A DNA stretch of 64,000 bases. Origin: Gekko japonicus. Lineage: Eukaryota. The stretch is taken from positions 777,486-841,485 of the forward strand of contig NW_015175976.1 of the NCBI RefSeq assembly GCF_001447785.1. The letters are read 5' to 3'. Positions 13,604-26,021 of this stretch are shown piece after piece; within the stretch, counting starts at the first letter, position 1; every line of letters begins with the position of its first letter. Under the pieces are notes generated by a model. That model was not told the origin of the DNA. It saw only the letters and a list, made by a program, of their open reading frames with translations, and did not search any database. Position numbers and translations under genes: made by a program.

Positions 13604-13822
13604 TAGGGTTGCCAAGTCTGGTTTGGAAAATATCTGGAGACTTTGGGGGTGGAGCCAAGAGATGGCGGGGTTTGGGGAGGGGAGGGGCCTCAGCACAGTA
13701 CAATGCCATTGAGTTCACCCTCCAAAGCAGCCATTTTCTCCAGGGGAGCTGATCTCTTTCGGCTGGGGATCAGTTGTAAAAGCGGGAGATCCCCAGGTCC
13801 CACCTGGAGGCTGGCAACCCTA
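13604..13822. mobile_element. hAT-type MITE with TAGGGTTGCCA TIRs
   Basis: TIR tagggttgcca/tggcaacccta with perfect 8-bp TSD aagcaaac (13596-13603, 13823-13830). Confidence 0.9.
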
Positions 13823-14199
13823 AAGCAAACTAAAATATTGATGTAGATTTAGATCAACACAGTTACCAGGGTTACACTATAGTATTGTACAGTGATCATT
13901 TTTGTCTGCATTCAGAAGTGACTGATATATATTCTCACAACCTCTCCCTCTCCCAGATTAAGGATTTTCAGACATTTTAGGTATGAAACCACCGTATTTG
14001 CCCAGGAGCCAAACTCTTGAGGTTTGAGATCACAATTACAACCTATACCCAAATAAGGCCATGTTACTTATTTGATCATTTTAACCTATATTATGGGCAG
14101 GATATTTCTTTTGGTTTGTCCCTGAAGTTCTAGCCTGGCAGTCTCCCTTTAAACAAGTTACTAGTAGGTAAAACAGCATTACTAGTGTGATAAGGTGAC

Positions 14200-17100
14200 C
14201 CAGGAATGGGAAGAAACTGACTAGATTTGATCTCAGTAAACTCTCACACTTGGGTCGACACCTTTTTCCTAGAGCAAACTAGAGTACAATTGCCTTTCAT
14301 CAGTGATTACTCTCAGCCAAGGGATGCACTGTAGCTAGTATGACTCACCAATGAGGCAGCCATTCACTGGAGCAACTCACTATGATACTGGTACGGTGAG
14401 GACAACGCTGTCCAAGGAGAAACAGACAATCACACAGAGCATAAGTTGACCCACTAGGAACAACCATAGGGTGCATCCAGGAACTTTTTCCTACTAAGAG
14501 GGGGGTCTTGTTCCAACAGAGGGAGTCTGTCTACCATGGAAGAATCACTTTTCTCAGCAAGACTGCTCAGTTAGCAGGAGGAAATCCTGGGATGCAACCC
14601 CATGAGTTTTGGGAATGCTGTTCTTGTAAATAAGACCAGCCAAAAGGGAAGGACACGACTTGGTAATACCTGTCCCAGTAAAGAAACTGAGAACATTCAG
14701 CATGCCAGAATACTAGAACATACCAGGTAAGCTTATGAGAGCTCCTTGAGGCCAGGGAAGTGCCTCCCTCCTCCCCAGTTATCCACAAAGCAGCTCAGTA
14801 TCTCCATATGGAATTTCCTGGGCTGGAGGTAATGCAAGTTGAGGATGGCTCTTAAATCCGACTGTTTTTACAAACAGCGAAGAACAGCAAGTCATTATCC
14901 AAGAACGTCTGCAGCAATGATGCACCCTCTGATTTCTAGACTACCTGACAGATGGTTGAAGGTGGGTAGGACAAAAAAAGTTGTTTTTCAAAGTCTGGAG
15001 AAAGACCTCCTCTAGGAACAAAGCGATAATTCTTGAAACGATTTTCAAGTGATAGGAACCATTCCCGTATTTGGTAGAAAAGCTGTAGGATTATACACAT
15101 CCTTGCAAAATTCTGTTGCATTCAATTCTAGTATTACTGAAGGAGGGGGGTGAGAATCTATCCTTTCTGAGCCATGGTAGTTTGCACTGTTTACAACCAC
15201 TGGATTATACATAGGAATGCAATCTTTTGTTTTGATAGCTGGATCGAGGGATTCCCCACAGAGCTTATTCTGCCGAGAAGCGGTTGGAAAACAAAACTTA
15301 ATTAGCATCTACATTTTCAGAGCTGTAGGTATGCTATAGTGTACCTGTGAAGGAATGTCTTGCCTAAGAAACCAGTCTGCCGCACAACCCCCTATAGCAG
15401 ACAATAGCAAGCTAGGGCAGGTTTTTACCAAGAAAGGCAGTGGCTGTTGGTACTGCATGCAGATGTTGGCAAGACCAATCTGGCAATGTTAGTTTACAGG
15501 CAAGAGTCAGATCTTTAGAGTGCTCCAAGACTCATCCAAGGTGGCTTCGGTTATAAAGACTGAAAATCCTCATTGAACCAAGTGGATAATGAGAGTTCAG
15601 CTAGTTCTTCCCAGCTCTTCCCCCCCCTCTCCCTGACAGATGGCTGAAGAAAAGCTTCAGTCATTCCCACTCAACCCAATAGCTTCCTTATGATCTGAGT
15701 TGAAATCCTCATATTTGGATGGGGGAGGCAAGCTGTAGCAAGAGGATTCCCAAAAGCACATCTGGCTTGGGCTTGACCTGCACTCTATCACGCATTTTAG
15801 CCTTTTCCTTAGGATTCGTTTCCTAGCTGGCCCTGTGATCAAGGCAGGGATGAGGTCACAGAACGTAGACGGAAGTACATGATTAGGGATGGCTGGGACT
15901 GTTTCCTGCTGGATCCAGTTACAGACTTCTGGGTGCAGTTTGCTTCCTTCAGTGGGGGAGAAGGACCGCTGGCTTATGGTAGGCCAGAGTCACCCCACAA
16001 GCCAGAGTCTTCTGGTAGCAGGCATCTTGGGAACCGTCTAGATGCTCCATTCTTCAGGGTGGTGCCCCAACATAGCTGCATCGCCCCACTCCTTTCAATG
16101 CCAGAATGGCTGTTGGGTGTGCCACCGGACACAGCCATGAGTGAACTCTTCTGTGGGAACATTCCCCCTTGTCAGAGCAAAGAAAACACGATATCCCACG
16201 AGAAGCCTTTGACAGACCCCAACCATCCTCCTGTTCAAGCAGACTGAACTAGCTAGGAGGCACTCCTAGGCTGCATCCGGGAGATAGTCACTAGGACCCC
16301 ATTTATCTAAACGAGAGATTCTGGGACACGAGGGGAAATGAGCCACTGGCACAGAAACCACTCAGCTTCCTCAGCAAATGTAAGACAAGAACAGGGCAGC
16401 ATTCACAATCCCATCCTTGCTCTTGTCTTTTAGGCAAGGATCGAGGGGCAGCATTCACAATTCTGTTTGTCCTAGTACCGAAAGAGATGCTAGGCTGAGA
16501 GTAAGGAGTCCAAGATCATCCAGGGAGCTTCAAAGCCAAGAACCCAGGTCTCCCTGCCCCTTGTGTGACACACTGCTAATCTACACTAACTGCTCCACTG
16601 AGTCACTGGAAGCTTAATTTGCCTCCTCTCCAGAGACCCCTGAGTCCACTGCAGGGAAGAGGAGTTATACCATAGGCATCGCTATCTGTATCAAGAACAG
16701 GTGAGGCGGGTTCAGGGGAAACTGCATAGGTGGTGTTGGAGAAATTCCCCCTTGTGCCACTCATAAGAGTGGAAGAAGCCACCAGCCTTGGCTTTACCAA
16801 CCCTATGCTTAAAGAAGCCATCGATTTCCCAGCACATTACAGCACACACCTCCTGCAGTTCCATGGGTTTTTAACCTTATTCTCCCTGCACCTACTTACA
16901 ATTTGCTTGGTCTGCATTTTATTCCCTCCTCTGTATCCACAGACAATTCCGCTCCAGATTAAGCCAACAGATGGAGGTGGGTGCGTCCTCCCTCCCTCAA
17001 CCATCTGCCTTAGTCAAGTGGCTAGAGCATCGCCTGCTGAAGCTACAGGTGTAAGAAAGAAGCCTCCAGCAATGACAACAGAGCAGGTAGGGGCAAAGGG
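14200..17100 (-). mobile_element. Highly decayed DIRS-like (tyrosine-recombinase) retroelement relic; boundaries approximate
   Basis: Minus-strand RT motif remnants in correct order with frameshifts: DLRAILNL (~14835-14858), KFHMEIL (~14796-14816), YYQVVSFPFG (~14640-14670). Compare RPILDL, KFRMETL and HYQFxxLPFG. Confidence 0.5.
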
Positions 17101-17326
17101 GGTGCACTGATTGGGATGTAAAGAGATTTTGTCCTGTAGTTGTGTGTAGGGGCCATCAATATGGCTAAAAGATTACCTTCACGAGACACTCCATCGTCAA
17201 TAAAACTGAACTATTTCAGGAATCCCTTTATGCAAGTGAGAAAAATTCATACGGACAAGTGTACAGGCCACCTTTGAACATACTGGCACATAACCTACAT
17301 CTTTTAGGAGTGGAAAGCTGCTTTTG

Positions 17327-17332
17327 TTTATT
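17327..17332 (-). terminator. CLTA polyadenylation signal
   Basis: AATAAA on the minus strand ~310 nt after the stop; ATTAAA also at 17372-17377. Confidence 0.6.
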
Positions 17333-17638
17333 TAGCCCCACACACAAAAAAAAGAGCTGTTTAAACAGGCTTTTAATATCATTACAGCTGAAAATGGAAT
17401 CTCAGCTGCGTGAGTGCACTGAGATTACAATCCTGGAAGTTCCCCCCCAGTTGGAACACTGGAAGGACACATATGGAGAGAAGAACATGCAATCACAAAC
17501 AATGATCAAACTCTAAATACATCATGAGGTTTGGTCCAAAAGAACATTGAAACATAATTAATCCAATTACTGCAAACACAGCTTCTCTGAGTAAAGGTAT
17601 TGCATTTGTAGTGTCTCGTGTGCTTTCCTCTCCCCCCT

Positions 17639-17810
17639 TCAGCGAACCAGCGGAGCCTGCTTGAGCGAAATCAGCACGGAGCGCATGCGGGAGACATCCT
17701 TCGCCTGCTTACTCGACTTGGGGTTAAAGTCACAGAGCCGAGCCACGCGTTCCCACTCGGTGCCCGGGGAGGACTCGTCAACATCGTTCACAAAGGCTTC
17801 TTCAGCTGCC
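17639..17810 (-). CDS. CLTA: CLTA exon 7 (last coding exon)
   Basis: ttttag|G acceptor. Encodes AAEEAFVNDVDESSPGTEWERVARLCDFNPKSSKQAKDVSRMRSVLISLKQAPLVR then TGA. Confidence 0.97.
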
Positions 17811-18929
17811 CTAAAAGCAATGCGACACCATGTTCAGTTTCAGTAGCGTACTTTGCCCCCACCCAATCCTGAGTGCTCCCTTGCTTCCTTTTATTTTAAA
17901 AGTTCCATGGGGGGGGGGGGGGGGGGGAGAGAATCTAGAAGTGTTTTCTAGACTTCCCAGACCTCCTAACCCAGAGCTTCCTGATGGAGGAAGAAGTGGT
18001 AGCAGCTGGGCTCACTTGAGCTATGTAAAATGGTGGAATACAGGTGTCTGGTTCAAGTAGTACCTCAATTGGCCTGTGGTGTATAAACAAGATGTCCAGG
18101 TTACTTCAGAGAGCCTGAAAACAGCCACACCAATGCCCTATGCAGACATCTGAGGGTTATGCAGCAAGGTGTTGGGACTAGAATTGCCAGAGGAGCCTCC
18201 AAGGGCATAGCCCAAAATGAAAACATGGGACATGTCATTCAGGCATGCAAGATCATTATCACCCCACCCTCAGGTATCTGTATAGGACACAAGGGATGGA
18301 TCTAGACCAAGCAGAAGCTAACCATCCGGACTGGGAAGCATGCACTGGGGGCCTGGCATTACTTTCGGAAGCTCTCTTCTGAGGCTCGCGAGCCCTCACG
18401 TGAGACCATGACAATGATTTTCAAGGCAGTGGAGAAGCAGAGTGAATCAGTGGAAGAGCTTTGTAAGTCATAGCCCTCATGCTTGTATGCGCTATGGACT
18501 TGCACTGTCTAGGCTGGAGCAGGGAAATCAATGGGACGTCAAGCTCAAAGGATAACGTGGGCCTGCTCGTTCCATCCGGGAACAGGGCACTCCGTGGGCA
18601 TCTCCGTAAAGCATCCACGTTATCCTTCCAGCACTGGTGCACTGCCGGCAATACTGCATAAGCACAGGAGTAACCGAAGCCCCCGGTACCCACACAGACT
18701 GCAGAAGCCGCAAGCACCCCTAATGAAGCCGGGGACGGGGAGGGGCGGAAGCCTTCGTCTACTCCAACAAGCAGTACAGAAAAAGCAATGAGGATGATCT
18801 CATGAGGTTTAAAGCACTGATCACAAAGGATGGTCGTATTTTTACAAACACCACTGATGATGAGGGTCACTACGACACTGCTGTTTCATGTGACAAGACA
18901 CTTAAGGGGCAGTGAAGAGTTTACTTAAC

Positions 18930-18965
18930 TGTTCTAGGCTGTAGCAAGGATGGTTTATGTTTGTG
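18930..18965 (-). CDS. CLTA: CLTA exon 6 (36-nt alternative micro-exon)
   Basis: ttaag|CACAAACATAAACCATCCTTGCTACAGCCTAGAACA|gttaagt; encodes TNINHPCYSLEQ, the 12-aa LCa insert. Confidence 0.92.
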
Positions 18966-20588
18966 CTTAAAGGTGGAGAGAAGAAAAGAAACAAAAAAAA
19001 GGAGAGTTTAAGTCAGATATAGAAGATGAAAATGAGCATAATGCAGATGGTAAGTAAAGCTGGCCGGACATGCACTTTGTAGCACTGTCTACATTCGGGA
19101 CACATGCTGCCCATTTCAATTTGCAGCTGCTGAACTGCAGATCGCAACTCCTCCTCCCCCCTTCCAGAAAATATTCAGTTGGGAGTCTCTCAACGTCAGC
19201 TTCGAAGACAAAAAAAAGGCAAGGGCAAATGCCACCTGTAAATCCAGCATTTCACAAGTCCTGGTTGGCAGCAACTTAAAAGAATCCTGCTTGCAGAGGG
19301 GAGAGCTTTAATACCAGCTCCCTTGGCCTACAAGGCCCTGCCTAGTTCTACAAGAACGGAAACAGGCATGCAAAAACCACGGGCCTCTCCAGTTGGTGCC
19401 ACAGGGCACTCCCAGAGGCACAGAGACAGGCCATAAAGCAGTATGACGTGAGGCACGCCTTCCTGCAGCTGGAGTATTTGTTTGAGAACTGATTTCCTCC
19501 CTCCCCACTCCTGACCACAGCTCAAAATCAGCACGGGGAAAACTAACATAGAACCTTCAGATTTACAGGAAGAACTGTCGCTTTTGGTGCTCCTTGGACA
19601 TAGCTCTCATGGCCAGATTTTTTACCACTGCAAGGCAGCACCCAGTCAGTGGGAATCAAATTAAGAACCTTGGCCAGATTTGACTGCTAGGTTCGTGGAC
19701 ATCCAGCTACTTAAAGCATTTCAGAAAACCCCAAGCACACTTTTTTCCATTCTCAGTTCCTCTACTTCAGCATTTCCTTTGCAATGGGACTTGGGGGAGG
19801 AGCTTCCTTTTGGGCAGACCTCTGCTTACAACAATGACTTAAGGTGAGCTGTTTCTGCTACTGTGTTCTGACTGCCACAAGGATGGTCAACTTCCAACGT
19901 TGTAGAGGAGCTATATGCTATTCACTAGACAACGGTCTGGGGGCCAGACGTGTGTTTTGATACACCATCACACTTTCATTGCAAGCCAAAAGGATCTACA
20001 ATCAAGTTTTAAAAAGCCAAAAGAAAGTAAATGGCCCAACTTCTGAAGTGTTTTCTTCCTTTAGCATGGCTGTGGAAAATGCCTTCAAGTGCGACCCCAT
20101 ATGGTTCTCAAGGCAGATGCTAAAAGAGGTGGTCTGCCATTGCCTGCCTCTTGGACTTCCTTGCTGGTCTCTCATCCAAGTACTAACCAGGACCAATCCT
20201 GCTGAGCTTCCGAGGTCTCACAATATTAGGCTACCCTAGGCTGTCCGGGTCAGGTCCTTTAGACATCCTTTCAGATTTTAGTCACAGTATACTAGAGTCA
20301 CAAATTTACTCATGGGGGCGGCAGGCTTCCAGCTGGCCCCAAGATCCCTTTTCACTACCATCAACACACTTTTTTTTTTTTTTTTTACTATGGATGAAAT
20401 CTGTCTGCCCTTCCCTAACTTGGAAAATGCTTCCTTGAAATACACTCTAATGCAGAGAAATCCCTCCCCCCATCTGCACAACATGCTTATCTTAGGACCC
20501 TGCCCCCAGCAAGCCTTACAGATCAGAAACATTAACGGAATTTGACAGATAATGGACCAGACAAGTGAGCAGTAGTTAGGCAACATAC

Positions 20589-20642
20589 ACATAACCAATC
20601 ACGTCAGCGGAGGGTTGTTTGTAGAAAGCTTCATCTGCCACC
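20589..20642 (-). CDS. CLTA: CLTA exon 5 (54-nt neuronal alternative exon)
   Basis: cctag|GGTGGCAGATGAAGCTTTCTAC...GGTTATGT|gtatgt; encodes VADEAFYKQPSADVIGYV, the 18-aa insert. Confidence 0.94.
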
Positions 20643-23600
20643 CTAGGTAGCAAGTGGTCCATAGAGGCGGCAAGCAGACAGGAGGGAAAAAAAGAAGAAT
20701 GAGCAGCAGGAAACACAGCAGAGGTAGTGTTAGGTTTCACATGTCAAGCAGGCAACAAGTTAGATTGGATCAGAAAGATCTTAAGCTAAATTCCCAGACA
20801 AGAATAGCATCTTTAAGAAGAAGGTTAAAGTCGCCCAGCTACATAGTTAGGGGGCACTATGGCCCACAGCGGATGTGATGTTGGTTCACTGAGAACAAGT
20901 GTTTGCAAACTGGAAGAAGAAGGTGCCACTGAGCTGCAACTGGCTCATGGTGACCCCCATCCACCGCGTGTTCCAGGCAAGAGGTGGTTTGCCATCACTT
21001 TCCTCTGCACAGCAACCCCAGTCTTCCTTGGTGGTCTCCCATTCCAAGTACTGACCACAGCCAACCTTGCTTAGCTTCCAAGCTCTGATGAACCTGGGCC
21101 AAGCTGGGCTACTTGGGCTGCTAGCCATATAAAACTATGGTGGCCAAATGCCTGGAGAAAACATGTTATGTACTTTTTAATGGAATGCTATTTACCTCCA
21201 GTGCCGAAGAACTTCAGCTGACCATTACCACACACACTGAACCTCTATCAGAGGGACAGGGCAATGTCCCCAGGCTTGCTGGCAAACCTACACAAAACCT
21301 ACATTCTCAGCCCCTCCAGGTATATGTCATGGCTCTGGGTGCCAACACAAACCTCTGTGAGCCAGAGACTGTAACCATGCCTGAAGAGAGCCTGTAAACC
21401 ATGGTTATGAGGGCACCTGGTTTGCATTGTCATGGTTTTACACTGGTGGCCATGGTTTGTGCTGAGAGGGAAGGGGGAAATCGCTCTGAGAGCCCATAAA
21501 TGGAACAGTTGAAGGAGGGAGCTGAGGCCCATCAGGCTGGCTTCCGAATTTTCTAACCAGGGTAATAAGCAGTCAACATCATCCTTGTCCCTGTGTGTGA
21601 ACTGCAGGGTGCTAGTTAAAAAGGAGCCAATGCAGTGCCCCCAGCCATGTCCTCCCTTCTGGCGATTCCTCACAAGGTTTGTAACCGCAATACTACATGA
21701 AACTGAGCCAAGTAAGAAGCAGCTTTGATTCCTGCCTGGAGTGTACAGCAACTGTCAGTAACCGAAGGACAGAATACTTCACTTTGATAGTCATTTCCTC
21801 AACACTACGGGACGGGTTCACTTCAGAAAGCAGTTTAATAGTTGGAATCACACGTCCCTGGCTGAGTTGAAAGCAAGGAATAAGGACATGCTCAGACGCT
21901 TCCTAGTCACCACTTGACCTCCATCTCACATACTACTGCAGTGGATGGAGCTTAAGGACTCAGAGCACCAGAGTTCAAATTCTAATTTAGTTATGAAGCT
22001 CACTGAATGTAAGGAAAATTAAGTTTAACCAACCACACAGGGTAGTTGCAACTATGAAAGGAGGCAAGCTGAGCCCCTTTGAAGGAGAGGAGGATTCAAA
22101 CAGGAGAAAACAATTGTTTTCCCAGGGAGATCCTCCAGATTTCCATAGGGAAAAACGATGTTTCTACCTATCCAACAGCCTCTTATGATCAAAGATCATT
22201 TAGCTCTTTGGAATTCGGGGAGGGGGTGATAAGAGAGGAGGACACCAATCTTCTACTGAATAAAGCAGACAATGCCTCTGCACATACTAGGCTGCGGTCC
22301 TATGCACCCTTACTCCGTGGAGCTTACCTTAAGCACACAAAGGAAAATAGAATTTTCGAATGGGCTTCCTTTCCTTTATGATTTTTAGGAATTCAATTAC
22401 TGTGGGGACAGACATCTCGTAATACCACAGGGCTATTACAAGAGACCACATGAGGCAAGCGACAGAAAGTTCAATTTCCAAGAAGAATATCCCCTTCCAG
22501 GTAAAGTAAATGGAGCAAGGAAACACAATAGTACATAGCGACTATATGCACTGAGAGCCTTAAAACGTCCTCCGTTCTGTACTGGACCTCTGCCACGAGT
22601 GGCTGCTATTTCTACGGGAGTCTCACAGTTCCAGAAAGTCTGCCAGTTGTATTGATATTCAACCATTGCTACCAGTGCAGGACACTCAAAGCAGCTGAAA
22701 CCTTTGCTAGAGGCCTAGCTTGTAACCCTCCATATACATTGTTTCAGGCATGCCGTTTAAGGGGAAGACCAGCTCCCAACTCACTGCCAAAGTAAGCTTG
22801 AACTCATGAAAGCTTATACCCGGGAGCATTTTGTTGGTCTTTAGGGTGCTACCGAACTCAAATTTTGTTCTCCCAAGTTCAGTAGAGATCAGCACCCAAG
22901 GCATACCTAGGAACTCAGCTACTCTCAGTGGGGATTTGGATTCCCTGTCCCTCTTCTCTTTAACTGTAGACTTTGCCATGCGACAGCACAAAACCATTTT
23001 CAAATGTGGTTCACTGTACAGCATGGAAGGCAGATGCTTTGAAAAACCAGCCCGAAGCCTGCCTGGGCCTACAGTTCTTAGTAACCCAATGCAACCCACT
23101 GGCGGGGACGTAAAAGCCTGCCACCTCAAATGTGGTCGGCAAAGGCTGCCTTTTCCCTTTCCAGACCTTTTCAGCTGCTGCAGAACCAGAGCCGATAGGC
23201 CTTGATTTCAGTAATCCAGCTGAGGATCAGGTGCTCATCTTGTTATGTCTACTTACAACAGGGAGATGCAATTCTCTAGTATTCCTTTCCAACAGGAGCA
23301 CTGTATTATGTGAAGTGGCTCCAGTTACTAGCATTTCATACTGAACACATGAATGTGCCTTATACGGAATCAGACCCTTGGTTCATCAAGGTCAGTATGG
23401 TCTATTCTAAAGAGCCACAGCTCTCCAAATTCTCAAGTAGAGGCCTTTCAACATTACCTCCTCCACGATCCCTTTAAACTAGAGACACTGGGGATTTGAA
23501 CCTGAGACCCTCTGCATGAAAACCAGATGCTCTGCCATGGAACCACAGCCTTTCCCCTATTAATGTATTAATTATCAATTTAGGAGAAACGAACAAAAGT

Positions 23601-24230
23601 TACAAGATTCACTAGATTGCCTTACCTCAGGTCTTTTCCTGGAATTACCACTAAGAATTTAGATAACAATTCATTCCAGAGGGGTAGCTGTATTAGTCTT
23701 TAAAGTGCCACAAGACTTTTGTGTGTTTGTTCTGCAACAGAGTAAGTTTATACTCTGGCATAAACTTGGAGCCCACTTCTTTGAACAACAAGCATTGGTT
23801 TAGATACAATGCTGCTCCCCTACAAATCGGGATGTAGGTTTCAGTAGCCAGCCTCCACACCACTCACTTTTTCCTCACCTTCCTTCTCTACAGCAAATTT
23901 GCCTCCCCCCAGTGTCAGCTCTTTAAGTGCTTTAGTACTACACCATTGGCAAACAGACCAGAACTAGAAATCCAGAGTAAGTGGAACCCTGGTTAACTTT
24001 AACCAGGGGCTACCATCAGTGCAGAGGTTGACTTTAGCCATGGTTTCCCTTGCAAGGCAAAGGGGTAATTCAGAGCAGAGATGGAAAAAGGAAGGATGTG
24101 TGTTTCTAGGGCTGGCTCCAATTTAAGGCTGAGTGCTGGAGAGAAAGCCCACAAACCACTAGCTAATCTTCAACCAGTAAATTCTTCAGTAAATTCCAAG
24201 AGGGCACAAACTCCTGCAAACTCGCCTTAC

Positions 24231-24342
24231 CTATTGTTAGCTTTTGTTTTCTGTAGCTGTTCATCCTGTCTCGCATACCATTCTTCCAACTCTTTTATTG
24301 CCTTCTCTTTCCATTCTCCTTCTTGTTTTCGAGAGTTTGCAT
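24231..24342 (-). CDS. CLTA: CLTA exon 4
   Basis: ttcag|AT acceptor, AG|gtaagg donor, 112 nt. Encodes DANSRKQEGEWKEKAIKELEEWYARQDEQLQKTKANNR. Confidence 0.96.
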
Positions 24343-24963
24343 CTGAAGAAACAGATGAGAGTGCTGTTTAAAGGCAAGCATTCGGTCAAAAGAGAGATTC
24401 CTCAGGTGCAAGGAATCTAAGCGCTGAAAGACATGCTTGAAGGTGGAGCGCCTCCAGAGGGAGAGAGAAGCCACCCAGTTTGCTACCCAGGGGGTGGCAA
24501 TGAAGTTGGAAGCCACTGGAGCAGCAAAATGGAAGCATTCAATAACTTTATCCCGTGGACTGGCTTAAACCATGCAAGATGACCCAGTGAGGGGGTGACT
24601 GTTCTTTTTTCAGCCTCCCCCCACCACTCCATTAAAGCTGTTTATGCACAGCCCAGTCCACAGAGTCCTCCTTCTGCCGCAGCCTCACTAGCCCTGCTCC
24701 CTGAGAGAGAACCCCCTCCCACTTTGGGCAAGGCCTTTTCTCTCTTCCCCTCTACTCCCCCCTGCTGGTGTAGTTTTCCCTCCAAAATCCCGTTAACCAA
24801 TCACAGGGTCCAAAGGGAACCTGGGAAATATAGGCCCTGACAGCTACTCCAATACAGGCCTCTCTAGAGCCTGTAGGCCGTACCACCACAGGCCCAGGAT
24901 CATGACACATGGACTAGTTCCCTGTAATTCATTTATAATCCATCTGTACTGTTTTCATGTGAC

Positions 24964-25167
24964 CAATGCTCCCTCTAAACTGTGGAGTCTTGTGAGCAAG
25001 AATTCTACTTTGTGAGCTACTGGCATTAAAGTTGTGAGCAAGTGATTTGACTACTGCATAAATTAATTTGCTCTGGAGCCATCCTTCCTGAGCTAAGACA
25101 AAAAGGTGTGTGCCAGAGGCTAAAAAACTGAGCTAGCTCACAGTAACTCAGCTTAGAGGGAACACGG
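24964..25167. mobile_element. hAT-type MITE (204 bp), copy 2
   Basis: Same family as 12189-12392; perfect 8-bp TSD catgtgac (24956-24963, 25168-25175). Confidence 0.88.
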
Positions 25168-25903
25168 CATGTGACTTGTGCTGATCTTGGGCCGTATCAA
25201 TAAACTGAGCTGTTTCATGTGGAATGCAGGTGTCTTAAGCATCATTACTGAAGGCCGCTGCTGGGATGGAGCCACCACCAACTCCAAAAGTTGCTCCCAA
25301 GCCTGTGATGCTTGACCATGTGTACTTCAATAGCAGAAAAATTGATTAAATTCATCTGCAGGATCCTGAGGCCAAAAACAAAGGATTAGCCCCAGAGTAC
25401 CAGCATAACCCCAAGTTCCAAAGACTTTTAAACACAGAGCCACGTATGCAAGACAGATACTGAAGACTTTTGAATGTCCTTCATAGTAGGAACGGAGGTT
25501 CTGTCCGATTTTTCACATAGGCCTCAACTGCTCACTCCTATGTTAGTGAAGACAGAGCTAAGAAGAAGGTCTCTGCCAAATCTCATGTTGCTAGTCACAA
25601 TGGAGTGGGGGGGGGGGGAAGGCTCTCATACGAGATGCTTTCCAAAGTAAATACACAGAGCAATGAAGGGCGTTTTAAAAGAAACAGAAAACCAGTTAAT
25701 ACTGCACCAGCTCCAGTCCGAAGCAACAGAACCACACCGTATGACTCAGGGACAGCTAAGGGCAGACTTCTCGGTATCTTGGCTCACAGTTAGCAAATCC
25801 AGTGGCAGAGCCACTGGAGCTGACCCCTCACAGCTTGCCAAGTTGTACATGTGGGGCCCCTTTAATGATTAGTTGCTGATCAAGACCCTCCGCTCTTTCT
25901 CAC

Positions 25904-26021
25904 CGAGAACTTCTAGGCGCTCCAGTTGTTCTTCTCTCCATTTGCGGATGCTCTCCGGTTCTGTCTGCAGACGATCAGCTTGCGAAATCGCACTGTAACA
26001 GTCTGTTGGACCGTTGCTCTC
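25904..26021 (-). CDS. CLTA: CLTA exon 3
   Basis: ttaag|GA acceptor, G|gtgaga donor, 118 nt. Encodes ESNGPTDCYSAISQADRLQTEPESIRKWREEQLERLEVL. Confidence 0.96.

Noticed and set aside
16381-16462. Short direct repeat (gggcagcattcacaat x2) with small inverted segments
   Set aside because: Most likely a local repair or templated-insertion scar within decayed TE sequence; no evidence of function.
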